DNA from: Nitrospirales bacterium
GTDB taxonomy: Bacteria > Nitrospirota > Nitrospiria > Nitrospirales > UBA8639
Length of the DNA: 64,000 nucleotides
Reading direction: 5' to 3'
Assembly (NCBI GenBank): GCA_963422365.1
Contig: OY729426.1
Location: 1,664,001 to 1,728,000 of the forward strand
Part shown: one piece after another, positions 29,194 to 39,352 of the stretch
How positions within the stretch are numbered: position 1 is the first letter of the stretch
Layout of the letters: each line of letters starts with the position of its first letter
The notes under the pieces: generated by a model
The model's database searches: none
Told to the model about the DNA's origin: nothing
What the model saw: only the letters and a program-made list of their open reading frames with translations
Made by a program: the position numbers and the translations under genes

Positions 29194-30006
29194 TTAGTCC
29201 GCAAGCGGCTCATCAGATCTCCTGGCCCGATAGCCCGCGAGGTCCTCTTGGTCGATTTCTTCAGAGGGAAGAAGCCGATAGTGCTTCTCCAAAGAGATGA
29301 CGATTCCGTTATCGCCTTCCTCGAACTCGAAAAGCACAATGCGGTTGTTACGCATGAACTGGGCGGCGATCGGTCGGCAGATCAGGTTGGGAAACTTGTG
29401 TCCGCACAGCGCAATATCCTGTTCAATCTGTACCACGTTGAGTTGATCGGTCTTGCCCTTTGCCTGTACGGGAAAAACATAGTGTGCACCACGCCGGTCC
29501 ACTCCGATGTAGATTTCGTCTGTCTCGACTTGTCCAAGTTGTGGAGTCGTGGTGCGTAGATGGCTTTGCAACGGGTAACACGTCACTCGTGTAAAGATGT
29601 CCACGAGTCGGTTGTATCGTAACCTTGCCAGCAAGGCTTGTTCGTCATTCAGGGCATACATCGAGATCAGGCCAGGCGTTGCATCCGGTACTTTTGTCTC
29701 AGCCATGTGCTGCGTCGGTGTGATCTGAGCGAGATTGGTCGCCACAAACCGGTATTGTCCGCGGCCGGCCGGCCGGATAATCCACTCTTTGCCCTTGGGG
29801 GCGAGTTTTCGAATCGAAGACGGCAGCGAGACGCGGTAACGAAAGCTGTCAATGACGTCTCAGAGGTTTTTTGGCAGCCTGATGCCCAATTTTTCAGCAG
29901 CCTTCTCTATGTCGGACCAATTGAAAAGCACTTCTTGCTGATCCTTCTTGTGAATCGACAGGAAAATGTGCTCGATGATCTGCGTATATCGGTTAGGTTC
30001 TGCCAT
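29194..30006 (-). pseudogene. Putative type II restriction endonuclease with one in-frame TGA
   Basis: Continuous frame MAEPNRY...LPKNL*DVIDSFRYR...QVETDEIY..PVQAK with a PD-(D/E)xK-like QAK. Stop at 29860-29862; lies directly downstream of the MTase. Confidence 0.75.
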
Positions 30007-30028
30007 GGCTGTACGGACTTCCCGCGTA

Positions 30029-31408
30029 TTATCTTTTCCCCGGCCACCGCAGGACAAGAACTTCTTCCCGAAGTTGTTCTCTCGTTGCCGTTGCTCGTCT
30101 CGTCCGAAACAAGTCAACCCTGATCAGCTCATAGCCCTGTGATTGCGCGATGCCGGCCAGAACCTGTCCCGTGCGGATCATGACGCGCAGATAGGAAGCT
30201 TGATCTCCCAAGACGTAGGCTAACTTGGCTCCCGGCTTCAGAACGCGCTTCAGCGTCTCAAGATGTCTGGCCATGCCGCCGAAGTATAACTTCGTGACCC
30301 TGTGATACAGCCGTTCAAAGCCTGAGGTTTTGCCAAGCACTGTGCGCCGTTCTTCGATCTCGCGCGCAATGGATTCAATCTCTCCACGTCCTTGCATCCA
30401 GGCGTCATCGTCATCCGTTTTATAGACACTGCGCGTGTTGGATCGTACGAGGGTTTTCTTCAACGTCCGCAGGTCCGCCATGTTCTGTACGAAACCCAAG
30501 AGTACCGTTTCAAGCCGCGTTGTTCGCGAATAGTCCTTCTCATTGGGATAGGGAGGAGAGGTAATCACGGCATCGACCGACTCCGGTTCAAGTACCCCGG
30601 AAACGTGCCGCGCGTCAGCCAGAAATGCCTGCGCCGTTGCGCCATTTCTTCGGGGAAGCTGTTGGAGGTCTTCCGCAATGGCGTTGACGCGAGACAGCCA
30701 GGCACGTACGACTGGGGCGTCGTCTTTCCGCTTTCCCACACCGACCTCCGGGCCGAAGTGGAGGTTGCTGACGTCATCGACCAACGCTTTGGCCAGTGCC
30801 AATCGCTCATGTGCCAGGAATCGTTTGTCCCGTTCTTCTTCCAGGACGTTCATGAGAACCAACACCTTGTGGAGTGGCAATGGGCTAATGGAATTCTTGA
30901 GCAGGATTTTCTCCAATGCCGGCGGTAGGGTATGCAGCCTATTCGTAGAGCCCGGGGTTTCGGAAAAAAACAGAGCATCCTGAATGTCGTCGGTCTTGAA
31001 GCGGCGTAATGTTTTGTCGGCGACGCGTTGAGCATGCTCGGCCAGCCCATTGGGCGAAGGACTCCAATCCGTCTTTACGCAACTCGCAAAGTGAGCCATA
31101 GGCAAGGCCTCGATGCCGACACCCGAGATCCCCAACTTTTTGCTTTCGACAATCGTTGTTCCGGTTCCACAAAATGGATCGAGCACCAGCCCGCCGTGAG
31201 GGATGCCGAAGTCATCCAGATAGTCACGGACCAGATGGGGAGGGAAGGAAAGGACGAACCGATACCATCGGTGCGCGGCGCGGTCCTTGTTTTGAACTTT
31301 GTTGGCGTCCCAATTGTTGTATTCGCCAGGAGGCTCTTTGACTACCGTTTTTATTGCACGTGGCATCGCGTACCTTCTCATACCATTTCCCGTTCTAGAG
31401 TCTACCAT
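30029..31408 (-). CDS. DNA amino-methyltransferase, probably N4-cytosine, alpha motif order
   Basis: LDPFCGTGT (motif I) precedes ITSPPY (motif IV). Confidence 0.88.
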   Translation of the reverse strand: MVDSRTGNGMRRYAMPRAIKTVVKEPPGEYNNWDANKVQNKDRAAHRWYRFVLSFPPHLVRDYLDDFGIPHGGLVLDPFCGTGTTIVESKKLGISGVGIEALPMAHFASCVKTDWSPSPNGLAEHAQRVADKTLRRFKTDDIQDALFFSETPGSTNRLHTLPPALEKILLKNSISPLPLHKVLVLMNVLEEERDKRFLAHERLALAKALVDDVSNLHFGPEVGVGKRKDDAPVVRAWLSRVNAIAEDLQQLPRRNGATAQAFLADARHVSGVLEPESVDAVITSPPYPNEKDYSRTTRLETVLLGFVQNMADLRTLKKTLVRSNTRSVYKTDDDDAWMQGRGEIESIAREIEERRTVLGKTSGFERLYHRVTKLYFGGMARHLETLKRVLKPGAKLAYVLGDQASYLRVMIRTGQVLAGIAQSQGYELIRVDLFRTRRATATREQLREEVLVLRWPGKR

Positions 31409-31568
31409 GGCCTCGGGCCTCTGATGCCTTTCTGTCCGAATTCAGTCGCCATCAGACATCAGGCAGCCGACTGAAGGGCGGTAAGGCATTCGCATGGAGT
31501 CTTCAAGTCTAGGACCCAATCCTCGTCTGAGGATGCAAGAATTATGCCTGAACCATACCCGAGTTTTT

Positions 31569-32762
31569 TCATTTTTTCTTCAGGGCGTTGATTCGGGTTT
31601 CGTATTCCGCTGCTTCTTTTTCTCGATGGGTTTTTCTCAACAGCGCCACATAGTTCTTGAGTGTGCGGGCCACGGTTGGGTGTTCCTTGCCTAAAATTTT
31701 TTCATTGATCGCAAGGGCCCGAGCAAAGAGGGGTTCGGCTTTCGCGTAATTTTCTTGTGATAAATAGAGCAATGCCAAATTGTTGGCTAAATTCGCGATA
31801 TTTCTATGCTCCGAACCGAATTTTTTTTCGTTAATTTCCAAAGCCTGGACCAGGAAGGGTTCAGCCTTCTCGAATTGCCCTTGCAGGCGATAGAATTCGG
31901 CGAGCTTGGTCAGGCCTGGCACCAATCGTGGATTGTCCGGACCAAACGATTTTTCATGAATGTGTAACGCTTGTTTTAGCAGATCTTCGGCTTTGCCGTG
32001 CGCTCCTTGGGCCATGTGCATGAAAGCGAGGTTGTTGAGGCTGCCGAGAAGACCCGGACTCTTGGCGCCATAGTTTTTTGTATTGATGGTCAGTGCCCGT
32101 TCCAACAACGGGATGGCTTTCTCATAGTGTTCTTGTGCCCGGTAAAGGAGCGCGAGGTTATTGAGATGTTCGACCATCGCGGGGTCGTCCGGGCCTGCGG
32201 CTTTTTCAGTAATCGTAAGGGCTCGGGTTAAATGCGTCTCCGCTTCCTCATAGTGTTCTTGAGCGGCCAGCACACCTGCAAGATTTTTCAGATCTAAGGT
32301 CAAATCAATAGGGGCCGCTCCAAGTGCCTGTTCACGAACGTGCAAGGCCCGTTCAAAGAGGGGGAAGGCTTTCGCATAGTGTTTTTGAGCATGATACAGT
32401 GCCGCGAGGTTACTCAGACTGACGGCGAATTGGGGATCCCGATCTCCAAGAATCTTTTCAGTCAGACTGACGGCCCGACTCAACAGCGGTTCGGCCTGCT
32501 CATATTCGCCCTGCGCGTCATGGAGTCCCGCCAGTTTCGTCAGCGTTTGCGGAAGCCGAAGATCTTGTTCACCGAATTGTTCGGCTTCTGTCAGCGCGGC
32601 GTTGTACTGTTCTTGGGCCTCCTTGAAACGTCCCTGTTGAAAGAGAAGGTCACCCCGGTCCATGTGCCTGTCCCAAGGGATTGTTGCATCCTCGCATCCC
32701 ATGAGGCTGAGCATGCCAACCAGGCATGCTGCAATCAGCCCTTTCCAACGACTATTTAGCAT
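31569..32762 (-). CDS. TPR-repeat lipoprotein with kinesin-light-chain-like 42-aa repeats
   Basis: Lipobox LMGC and repeated LNNLA.LY..Q..Y.KA.PL..RAL.I.EK units. Confidence 0.88.
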   Translation of the reverse strand: MLNSRWKGLIAACLVGMLSLMGCEDATIPWDRHMDRGDLLFQQGRFKEAQEQYNAALTEAEQFGEQDLRLPQTLTKLAGLHDAQGEYEQAEPLLSRAVSLTEKILGDRDPQFAVSLSNLAALYHAQKHYAKAFPLFERALHVREQALGAAPIDLTLDLKNLAGVLAAQEHYEEAETHLTRALTITEKAAGPDDPAMVEHLNNLALLYRAQEHYEKAIPLLERALTINTKNYGAKSPGLLGSLNNLAFMHMAQGAHGKAEDLLKQALHIHEKSFGPDNPRLVPGLTKLAEFYRLQGQFEKAEPFLVQALEINEKKFGSEHRNIANLANNLALLYLSQENYAKAEPLFARALAINEKILGKEHPTVARTLKNYVALLRKTHREKEAAEYETRINALKKK

Positions 32763-32998
32763 TGCATCACCTTTTCTGCCTTTGTAAGAAGAGAGAGAGA
32801 ATCAAACTTTCATGATGATGGGGCCCGGTCAGAACCCAGGAAACCCTTTCTCTGATTGTAGAGAGGGAAATGGCCTATGCCAACTGAAAAATGTGAACGG
32901 ATCGAGATTCATCGGCTGCGCGGGCCAATGGACCATCGGAGACAGATGGCAAGGCAGGTGAAAGCCTCCGGCATTCGCTCTTGTGCGGGAATGTGGTT

Positions 32999-34030
32999 TC
33001 ACGAAAACAGCGTGAGTTGAGCAGAGGGTGGCCGGGTGAACGTTGCAGGGATGGGTTCGTCTCGTTCGAATCGATGAAAGCCTTCTTTGCGAAAGGCCAA
33101 ATCGAATAATTGTTCAATGGCTTGCCATGTCGAGCCTTGTCCCTGATGGCGCGCAAAAACCCGCTTTTCTTCCAAGGTGCCGCCCCTGACCTCTTGCAGA
33201 CGATGGGTGATTTTCTTGATTCGGTCGGGAAAGGCTTCCGTCATGCGTTCCAAAAACACCGGTCGAACATTGTCGTTGAGCCGTAAGAGCATATAGGCCG
33301 CGTGCGTGGCGCCGGCTTGTCTCGCACGGTGAAGAATCTGTGGAATATCCTGTTCATTGAGACCTGGAATGACAGGACCAATCATGACTGCAGTTGGAAT
33401 GCCGGCGGAAGAGAGGGCGGCCATGGCCTCCAAACGTTTGGTGATGGAGGGCGTTTGAGGTTCAACCTTTCGAGCGACTTCGTTGTCGGCAAAGGGAATA
33501 CTGAAATGCACCCGAATCCACGCCTGTTCATGGAGGGTTTGCAGAAGATCGAGATCTCGTTGAATGAGTGCGGCTTTGGTAATCACGGTGACGGGGTTTC
33601 GAAATTCAGCACATACCGCTAAACAGGCGCGCGTGAGTTCATACGTCGCTTCCAACGGTTGATAGCAGTCGGTGTTGCCGGCAAAGACCACGAGTTCGCC
33701 TGTCCACGAGGGTTTCAAAAACGCCGTGCGAAGTGCTTCCGCCGCATTGGGTTTCACGATGAGTTTGGATTCGAAATCCGTGCCCGCGCCGAATCCCCAA
33801 TATTGGTGACTCGGTCGTGCATAGCAATAGGCACAGGCATGAAAGCAGCCACGATACGGATTCACGCTCCACCGAAAGGGCAGATCGGGGCTGTCGTTGC
33901 GACTCAAGATGGCTCCTGTCTTCTCCTCAAAAATTTGAGTTATGACGTGGGGTGCCGGTTCAAGCAGTTCTCGATGGTGAGAGTCAAAGGGGTTTGGTGG
34001 ATTGGCGAGTTGCTTCACGGTGCAGGACAA
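32999..34030 (-). CDS. Radical SAM protein (Rv2578c/SplB-like)
   Basis: NPYRGCFHACAYCYAR (CxxxCxxC) and TDCYQP.E motifs. Start may be GTG 34018. Confidence 0.9.
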   Translation of the reverse strand: MSCTVKQLANPPNPFDSHHRELLEPAPHVITQIFEEKTGAILSRNDSPDLPFRWSVNPYRGCFHACAYCYARPSHQYWGFGAGTDFESKLIVKPNAAEALRTAFLKPSWTGELVVFAGNTDCYQPLEATYELTRACLAVCAEFRNPVTVITKAALIQRDLDLLQTLHEQAWIRVHFSIPFADNEVARKVEPQTPSITKRLEAMAALSSAGIPTAVMIGPVIPGLNEQDIPQILHRARQAGATHAAYMLLRLNDNVRPVFLERMTEAFPDRIKKITHRLQEVRGGTLEEKRVFARHQGQGSTWQAIEQLFDLAFRKEGFHRFERDEPIPATFTRPPSAQLTLFS

Positions 34031-34112
34031 GCTATCTCATGGTGTGGCGTCGATTCCTCGCTATGTGTCGCTGCGCCACGGGAGAGTCTTCCGAAGGAGA
34101 GTGGCTCGAGTC

Positions 34113-34399
34113 TCACGTCCAATCATACCGCTCAAAGTCACCTTTCACCAACGTGGTGTTGAGCCGAAGGGGAGAGGTCTCGACTGTGTCGGTGACGAGT
34201 TCCAGGGTGATCGGCAGATAGTCGGCGGAAACAAGTCCGGCCAACACCGCATAGGTCGTCGTTGGAGGAGCAGGAAGGGTCAGTTGCGTTGACGGTTGCC
34301 GGACCGTCGTCATCAATGACAATCGTATGAGTCAACCACGTGTCGTTAGCCGAGAAGGGGTAGGGTGTCGTGATTGTGACGAAGAAAGAAAGCGAAAGG
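34113..34399 (-). pseudogene. Possible degraded exported-protein gene fragment
   Basis: Signal-like MFIPSLILSLSFF followed by an apparent frame switch; no recognisable family. Confidence 0.2.
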
Positions 34400-34575
34400 A
34401 TGAGAGATGGAATAAACATGTCGTTAATGTGCCGTCACCACCTGCATGGTACTCTAGACGTTCTTTATTTGGGAAACAACCCGTTGCACCCGTTTCCCTT
34501 GCTTGTCTTGTCCTGATCATTGCAGTAGACTTTACGCTTACGACACGCCTTTCTCGACAATCCCTATCCTCAGTT

Positions 34576-34652
34576 GCCCCCGTAGCTCAGGTGGATAGAG
34601 CAACGGTTTCCTAAACCGCAGGCCGGACGTTCGAATCGTCTCGGGGGCACCA
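34576..34652 (+). tRNA. tRNA-Arg (anticodon CCT)
   Basis: GCCCCCG/CGGGGGC acceptor stem, D-arm GCTC..GAGC, anticodon loop TTCCTAA, GTTCGAATC T-loop and encoded CCA. Confidence 0.96.
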
Positions 34653-34717
34653 TTCTTTACCCCCTATTTTTCAACACCTTAAGATTTTCAGGAGGCACTT
34701 TTTGAAAACGGCGAAGA

Positions 34718-35674
34718 TTAGGGGGTCTGGATTTGATGGGTGGGTTGAACGTTGATTCGTTCTCCGAAGGTGTCGAGGGTCCCGATTCCAAAGTGGGGGT
34801 TTTCAACCATGGTGGTGTGGGCCATGCGACGATCCTTGGCGTTTTCAAATTCGAACCTGACTTGGAGGGTATCATCGGTAAGCACTACGGCTTTCATCTC
34901 AAGAATGCCTCCCATGCCTGGGTGCCAGGCAATGAGGGTGTAGACCCCTTCGGGAATGTCAGAGATGGCGAACCGGCCCTGGGCATCCGTCACGGCATAA
35001 TAGGGATTCGTCACGGCCACTCCCCACGTCTGCATGAATTCATGGAATCCACATTCCAGGTAGAAGATGCGTCGCCCCTTCGTCAATGAAATGGTATCGA
35101 AGAGTGGATCACCAGGACGGTGATCGTGGGTCCCGGCATTGGTTTGGGGATGGTAGGGATTCATGCGAAGTGGGCGATGAACCATCACTGCAGACCCAAA
35201 CGGAGCAACTTCATAAATCTGGATATCGTGGAGAATGGGATCCATATTTACGACGCGAACTTCCTGGTGGTTCCGTACGGCTATCACCGGAGGAGCCAGC
35301 GTACAGTCTTTGGCTTCTATGGTGGGTGAAGAAGAAGGAAACGGTTTCCCCTGGTGAACGCCCTCCAGCATGACGACGGCATTTTGCAGTCCTCCGTCAG
35401 ATTCGACGTGAAACTGATCGAGGAGACGCCAGGCGGTACCAGTGGAAATTATTCCGCAAAATACGGGTTCAGGATAAGTAATGAGATTAAATGCTTTTGG
35501 AGGCGGCGGGGGACCTTTCAGGATGACCGTGCCGGCAAGGTGGCCGCCATTGGCCACGGGATGCTCCGTATAGGACCAGCCCGGAGAAGTCAGGAGACAG
35601 CTTATCACCCCGGTGAGGATGCTGAGCGATTTCATCGGGACAGTGCGAATCGGAGACCGTGGCATGTATGTCAC
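34718..35674 (-). CDS. Exported carboxypeptidase-regulatory-like/cupredoxin-like protein
   Basis: Signal peptide, N.DPILH, ECGFHEFM and NPYYAVTD..GRF.I.DIP.G.YTL.AWHP motifs. Confidence 0.8.
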   Translation of the reverse strand: MTYMPRSPIRTVPMKSLSILTGVISCLLTSPGWSYTEHPVANGGHLAGTVILKGPPPPPKAFNLITYPEPVFCGIISTGTAWRLLDQFHVESDGGLQNAVVMLEGVHQGKPFPSSSPTIEAKDCTLAPPVIAVRNHQEVRVVNMDPILHDIQIYEVAPFGSAVMVHRPLRMNPYHPQTNAGTHDHRPGDPLFDTISLTKGRRIFYLECGFHEFMQTWGVAVTNPYYAVTDAQGRFAISDIPEGVYTLIAWHPGMGGILEMKAVVLTDDTLQVRFEFENAKDRRMAHTTMVENPHFGIGTLDTFGERINVQPTHQIQTP

Positions 35675-35753
35675 GAATTAAGAAGACACGACTTGTCTGG
35701 TCGATGATCGCGTGTCATGCTTCACTCACGTTCTCGCAACAGCGGAAAATTTT

Positions 35754-36257
35754 TTATTTCACGCTTGCCCTGATGGCATCCTTTTTTGGGCGTCCCTGTT
35801 TGGCGCGGGTCCGTGCGCGAGTGTTTAATGTCGTGTCATCCGTCAGATAAAAGAATTGATCATCCACCGACAGCTTGTCGGACCAAGCCCTGCAGGCATC
35901 GCACATTCTGATTTTGCGTCGGTCTGGACTCCAAAATCGTTTTTCGCAATGACAGGCTTTGCCGCAGAGACAGTTGACCCAGCCGGCATAGGGAGATGGC
36001 TCCGGTTCGGGAATTTCCTGTTGATCCACTAGTTCCCGCGCTTTTTCAACAGCACGAGCCCATGAACCCCAATGCCGAACAAAAAATTGAACAGAATACG
36101 CCTTTTCTTCGGTGAGATCGTATTCCAACTGGGTGAGATGAGTCTGTCCTTCTTGTCCCATAAAACATGCGAGTTCTTGCAAGGCTTGGTGTCGTTTCCA
36201 CGCACTCAGTGGTTCCAGAGACCCTCTGCCTCCACCCCCGTTTTTACTTTTTGCCAT
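35754..36257 (-). CDS. Hypothetical protein with a homing-endonuclease-associated-repeat-like motif and Cys-rich Zn finger
   Basis: YSVQFFVRHWGSWARAVEKA and CLCGKACHC...CDAC motifs; basic tail. Confidence 0.55.
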   Translation of the reverse strand: MAKSKNGGGGRGSLEPLSAWKRHQALQELACFMGQEGQTHLTQLEYDLTEEKAYSVQFFVRHWGSWARAVEKARELVDQQEIPEPEPSPYAGWVNCLCGKACHCEKRFWSPDRRKIRMCDACRAWSDKLSVDDQFFYLTDDTTLNTRARTRAKQGRPKKDAIRASVK

Positions 36258-36984
36258 TGCCGAATCCCTTACGCATCTATCCAACTTGTTTTCTACAGTA
36301 CAAGACTATTACCTTTTCCAGCTTCGAGTCTCACGCACAAAGAATGCGTCTTCTCATCTCTTGCGTACTCCTATTATAAACACATCCTGGCACAAAAGGT
36401 AAGATCAAGCCATAAAAGAAGACCCCCCCACCACAGCAAGTCCATTTATCTCGCACCGATTGAACTCGAAAAATTCTTATATCCTTATATGATACCATGG
36501 ACTTCTTAATAAAGCTAGGAAAAACAAGAAAAAATCACGAGTTCCCAGGTTGGAAGCCAAGGGGTTGGTTGCCCGTGACATTGGTCTGTTGGAAATGGTT
36601 TGGGATCTGAGCAGGTAGATTGTGAAACTCGAATTCTCGTTGCTGCAAGGTTAAGCACTTAGATGGTAAACGTTGCCCCATCTTTGGGGGTGTGGCGGAT
36701 ACAAGTGCGTGCTTGGCAAGGTCTTAAACGGCTCACATGGGTTTATCCATCAATAGAGAAAAATTTTCCCAAGCGGATCCTATGCTCTTTGTCGAGCGGT
36801 CGATATGTCCATCAAACATGATGGCCGACAGGGTTGTGGCAAGAGTCGAGTCATGGGAAAGAGGATACACTAAGGCGTATGGCTGAATCGGATGCCAAGC
36901 CCCTGCGTGCCATTGGGTGTACGATCCTGACGGTGTTGATTATCCCTCCCGCGTATTGTGTGCACATTCGCGCAAGGAGTCAAA

Positions 36985-37385
36985 GTGAAAGAGATAGACC
37001 GTTGGGTGCCGTGGTTCCGGGAGTTGACAGGAAATTCCACCGAAAACGGGTTTGAACGTGATCTGGACAACCACCAACCTTAAGCAGGTAGCATGAAACA
37101 TCCTTTGAATCAAATTCTTTATGGCCCACCGTGTACGGGTAAACAGGGGATACGGTTATTTACGCTATGGCGATCATTGAGAATAAATCGGTGAACGAGT
37201 TGGGAGGAGAGGACCATGAAAACCTAAAACAACATTCTCATCAGCGAGATTTGATTGATGCACAAAGAAAAACTTAAGAATTGATTTCTGAAGATGATAG
37301 CAAGTGGAAAAAGCCGAAAAATTATATCGATCTCTACGAGGACAGGCAAACAGAGGACGGTCAAAACAAATAAACCTGTCAGGCT
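36985..37385 (+). pseudogene. mcrB: McrB-like GTPase remnant with large internal deletions
   Basis: AAGGAG RBS plus GTG, in-frame TAA, then PLNQILYGPPCTGK (degenerate Walker A). Most of the AAA domain is missing; lies upstream of the mcrC remnant. Confidence 0.65.
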
Positions 37386-37390
37386 GAACT

Positions 37391-38260
37391 GTGACAATCA
37401 GTAAAGAAGACGAAGAACTGACACCCCACACGCGGGGCTTCACCCAACAGGGATGGAACACACGTACGGAGTTTGTCCTTGAGAATCAGTATAACAGACA
37501 GGGAAACCATCGGCCGTTCCAGCAATACAGGAGCGGTAAACTGATGGCTCAACACCATGTCGGTATTCTTCCAACCCGACAGGGAACGGTGTTGGAAATA
37601 CTGCCCAAGGTTGATTGGGGCGGCAGTGATGATACTGAGGCAACCAAAAAGATTTTTCTCAACATGCTGCGGGTTTGGCACGAGTTGAAATCTGCGCAGT
37701 TCAACGAGATCAGCATGAAGGCCGTGCGGCGTTTCAATATGTTGGAGGTGTTTGTCCACCTGTTTCTGCCCAACCTCGTTCTGCTGACGCAACGTGGCAT
37801 CGTCCGTCACTATAAACCGATGGAGGACAGCCTGCCTTGCCTGCGCGGATGAATCCTGTTTCCGCAGACTATTCGTGAAAACTTGGTCAACCGCCCGCGT
37901 TTTTGCGTCGGCTATGACGAGGGTACGGCCAACCGGCTGATTCACGGTGGGATTCAAAGGCTCATTGGCTTCGCGCGGCAGCCGAGGAATCAACAATGAC
38001 TGCACCAGTTGCATATCTGTTTTGCCGATATTCCGGTGCCGACCCGGCTTGAAAGCAACTGGCAACGACACCAAGCGGATCGTTCGATGCCGCACTACGA
38101 CGCGGTGATGCAGTGGGTCGGGCTGTTCCTGTTTAATGACGGTCTGACCACCTTTGTCGGTAAAGACGTCGATCAGGCACTGTGATTTCCAATAGAGGAA
38201 GTGTTTGAGGACTTTGTTATGGCGTGGTTTCGGCAGTATGGACCAATCGAAGAATATGAC
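37391..38260 (+). pseudogene. mcrC: McrC-like restriction subunit pseudogene
   Basis: HVGIL..GTVLEILPKV, MLEVFVHLF and LPCLRG*ILF..IRENL motifs, with several stops and frameshifts. Confidence 0.8.
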
Positions 38261-38558
38261 GATTTGGGTTGCCGAACAATTGGATAGTCTGAAGATACCG
38301 GATCTTCCACATGACAATCCTGTGCAGCGACACCCATTCGTGATGCCAGCAAATCGTCGCACGGTTGTCAGTTGACGGGCTTTGTTCGAATTATGAATGC
38401 GGTGAAGTTTCAGGAGCATTGCGCTTGTCCGACGTGCTCCAACTATCGTCAGGGATCGAACTCGCAGCTGCTGCCAAGAACGAGTCCTTGGCCCAAACGT
38501 TTGACAAAACGTTTCGCGAACGCATCGAAGTCATTCCGGAAGAAGCTGTCAAACGCGG

Positions 38559-39113
38559 TTAACTCTTTAGGTTTGCGGCGAATCGTTGACGGAATTTTGC
38601 GAGCTTGGGAGCAATGAGGTAGGCGCAATAGGGTTGGGTGGGATTACGCACGAAGTAGGCTTGATGATAGGCCTCTGCTCGATAAAACGTTTGTGCGGGT
38701 GAGACTTCCGTCACGATCGGGAAATCGAACAATTTGTCCGAGGTAAGGGTAGCAATGACGTTCTGTGCCGTGGCTGCCTGTTCGGGGGAATGATAAAAAA
38801 TCACGGATCGATATTGAGTGCCGACATCGTTGCCTTGGCGGTTGAGGGTCGTAGGATCATGAATGGCAAACAAGACTTCCAGTATGGCACGGTAAGGCAT
38901 GACGGTGGGATCGAACGTCACCTGGACGACTTCGGCATGGCCGGTCACGCCGGTACAAATGGCTTCATACGATGGATTGGGTTGCTTCCCACCCATGTAG
39001 CCTGATTCCACCACCGTCACACCCTGCAGTTGCTCAAATGCGGCTTCAATGCACCAAAAACATCCCCCCCCGAGGGTGGCAACGTCTTTTCCAGTGTCGG
39101 CTGTATCGGTCAT
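38559..39113 (-). CDS. msrA: Peptide-methionine (S)-S-oxide reductase
   Basis: GGGCFWC, GHAEVV, HDPTTLNRQGNDVGTQYRS and AEAYHQ motifs; GGAGG RBS. Confidence 0.97.
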   Translation of the reverse strand: MTDTADTGKDVATLGGGCFWCIEAAFEQLQGVTVVESGYMGGKQPNPSYEAICTGVTGHAEVVQVTFDPTVMPYRAILEVLFAIHDPTTLNRQGNDVGTQYRSVIFYHSPEQAATAQNVIATLTSDKLFDFPIVTEVSPAQTFYRAEAYHQAYFVRNPTQPYCAYLIAPKLAKFRQRFAANLKS

Positions 39114-39352
39114 GAGTCCTCCTGTATCCGTGTCCCATGTGTGTCGCCGAGGAGTAAACCAGTATACGGTCTCCCGATCAGTCAATGCGACTGCCACGAA
39201 TCGTCCCTCCGAATAGCCTCATGAAGTCTGTTCTCCTGCCGGTTCCTGCTTTTGTCTTGCGTCGGCTTGGAAGTTTCTTTACGGTATCGTTCCACAGGAA
39301 GGGACCCCTCCGGCTTCCGGTGTTGTCATGAGACGACTGAGAGAGACGCGTT

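Noticed and set aside
34576..38560. Intact integrative element at tRNA-Arg
   Set aside because: I found no integrase and no duplicated tRNA 3' end in the window.
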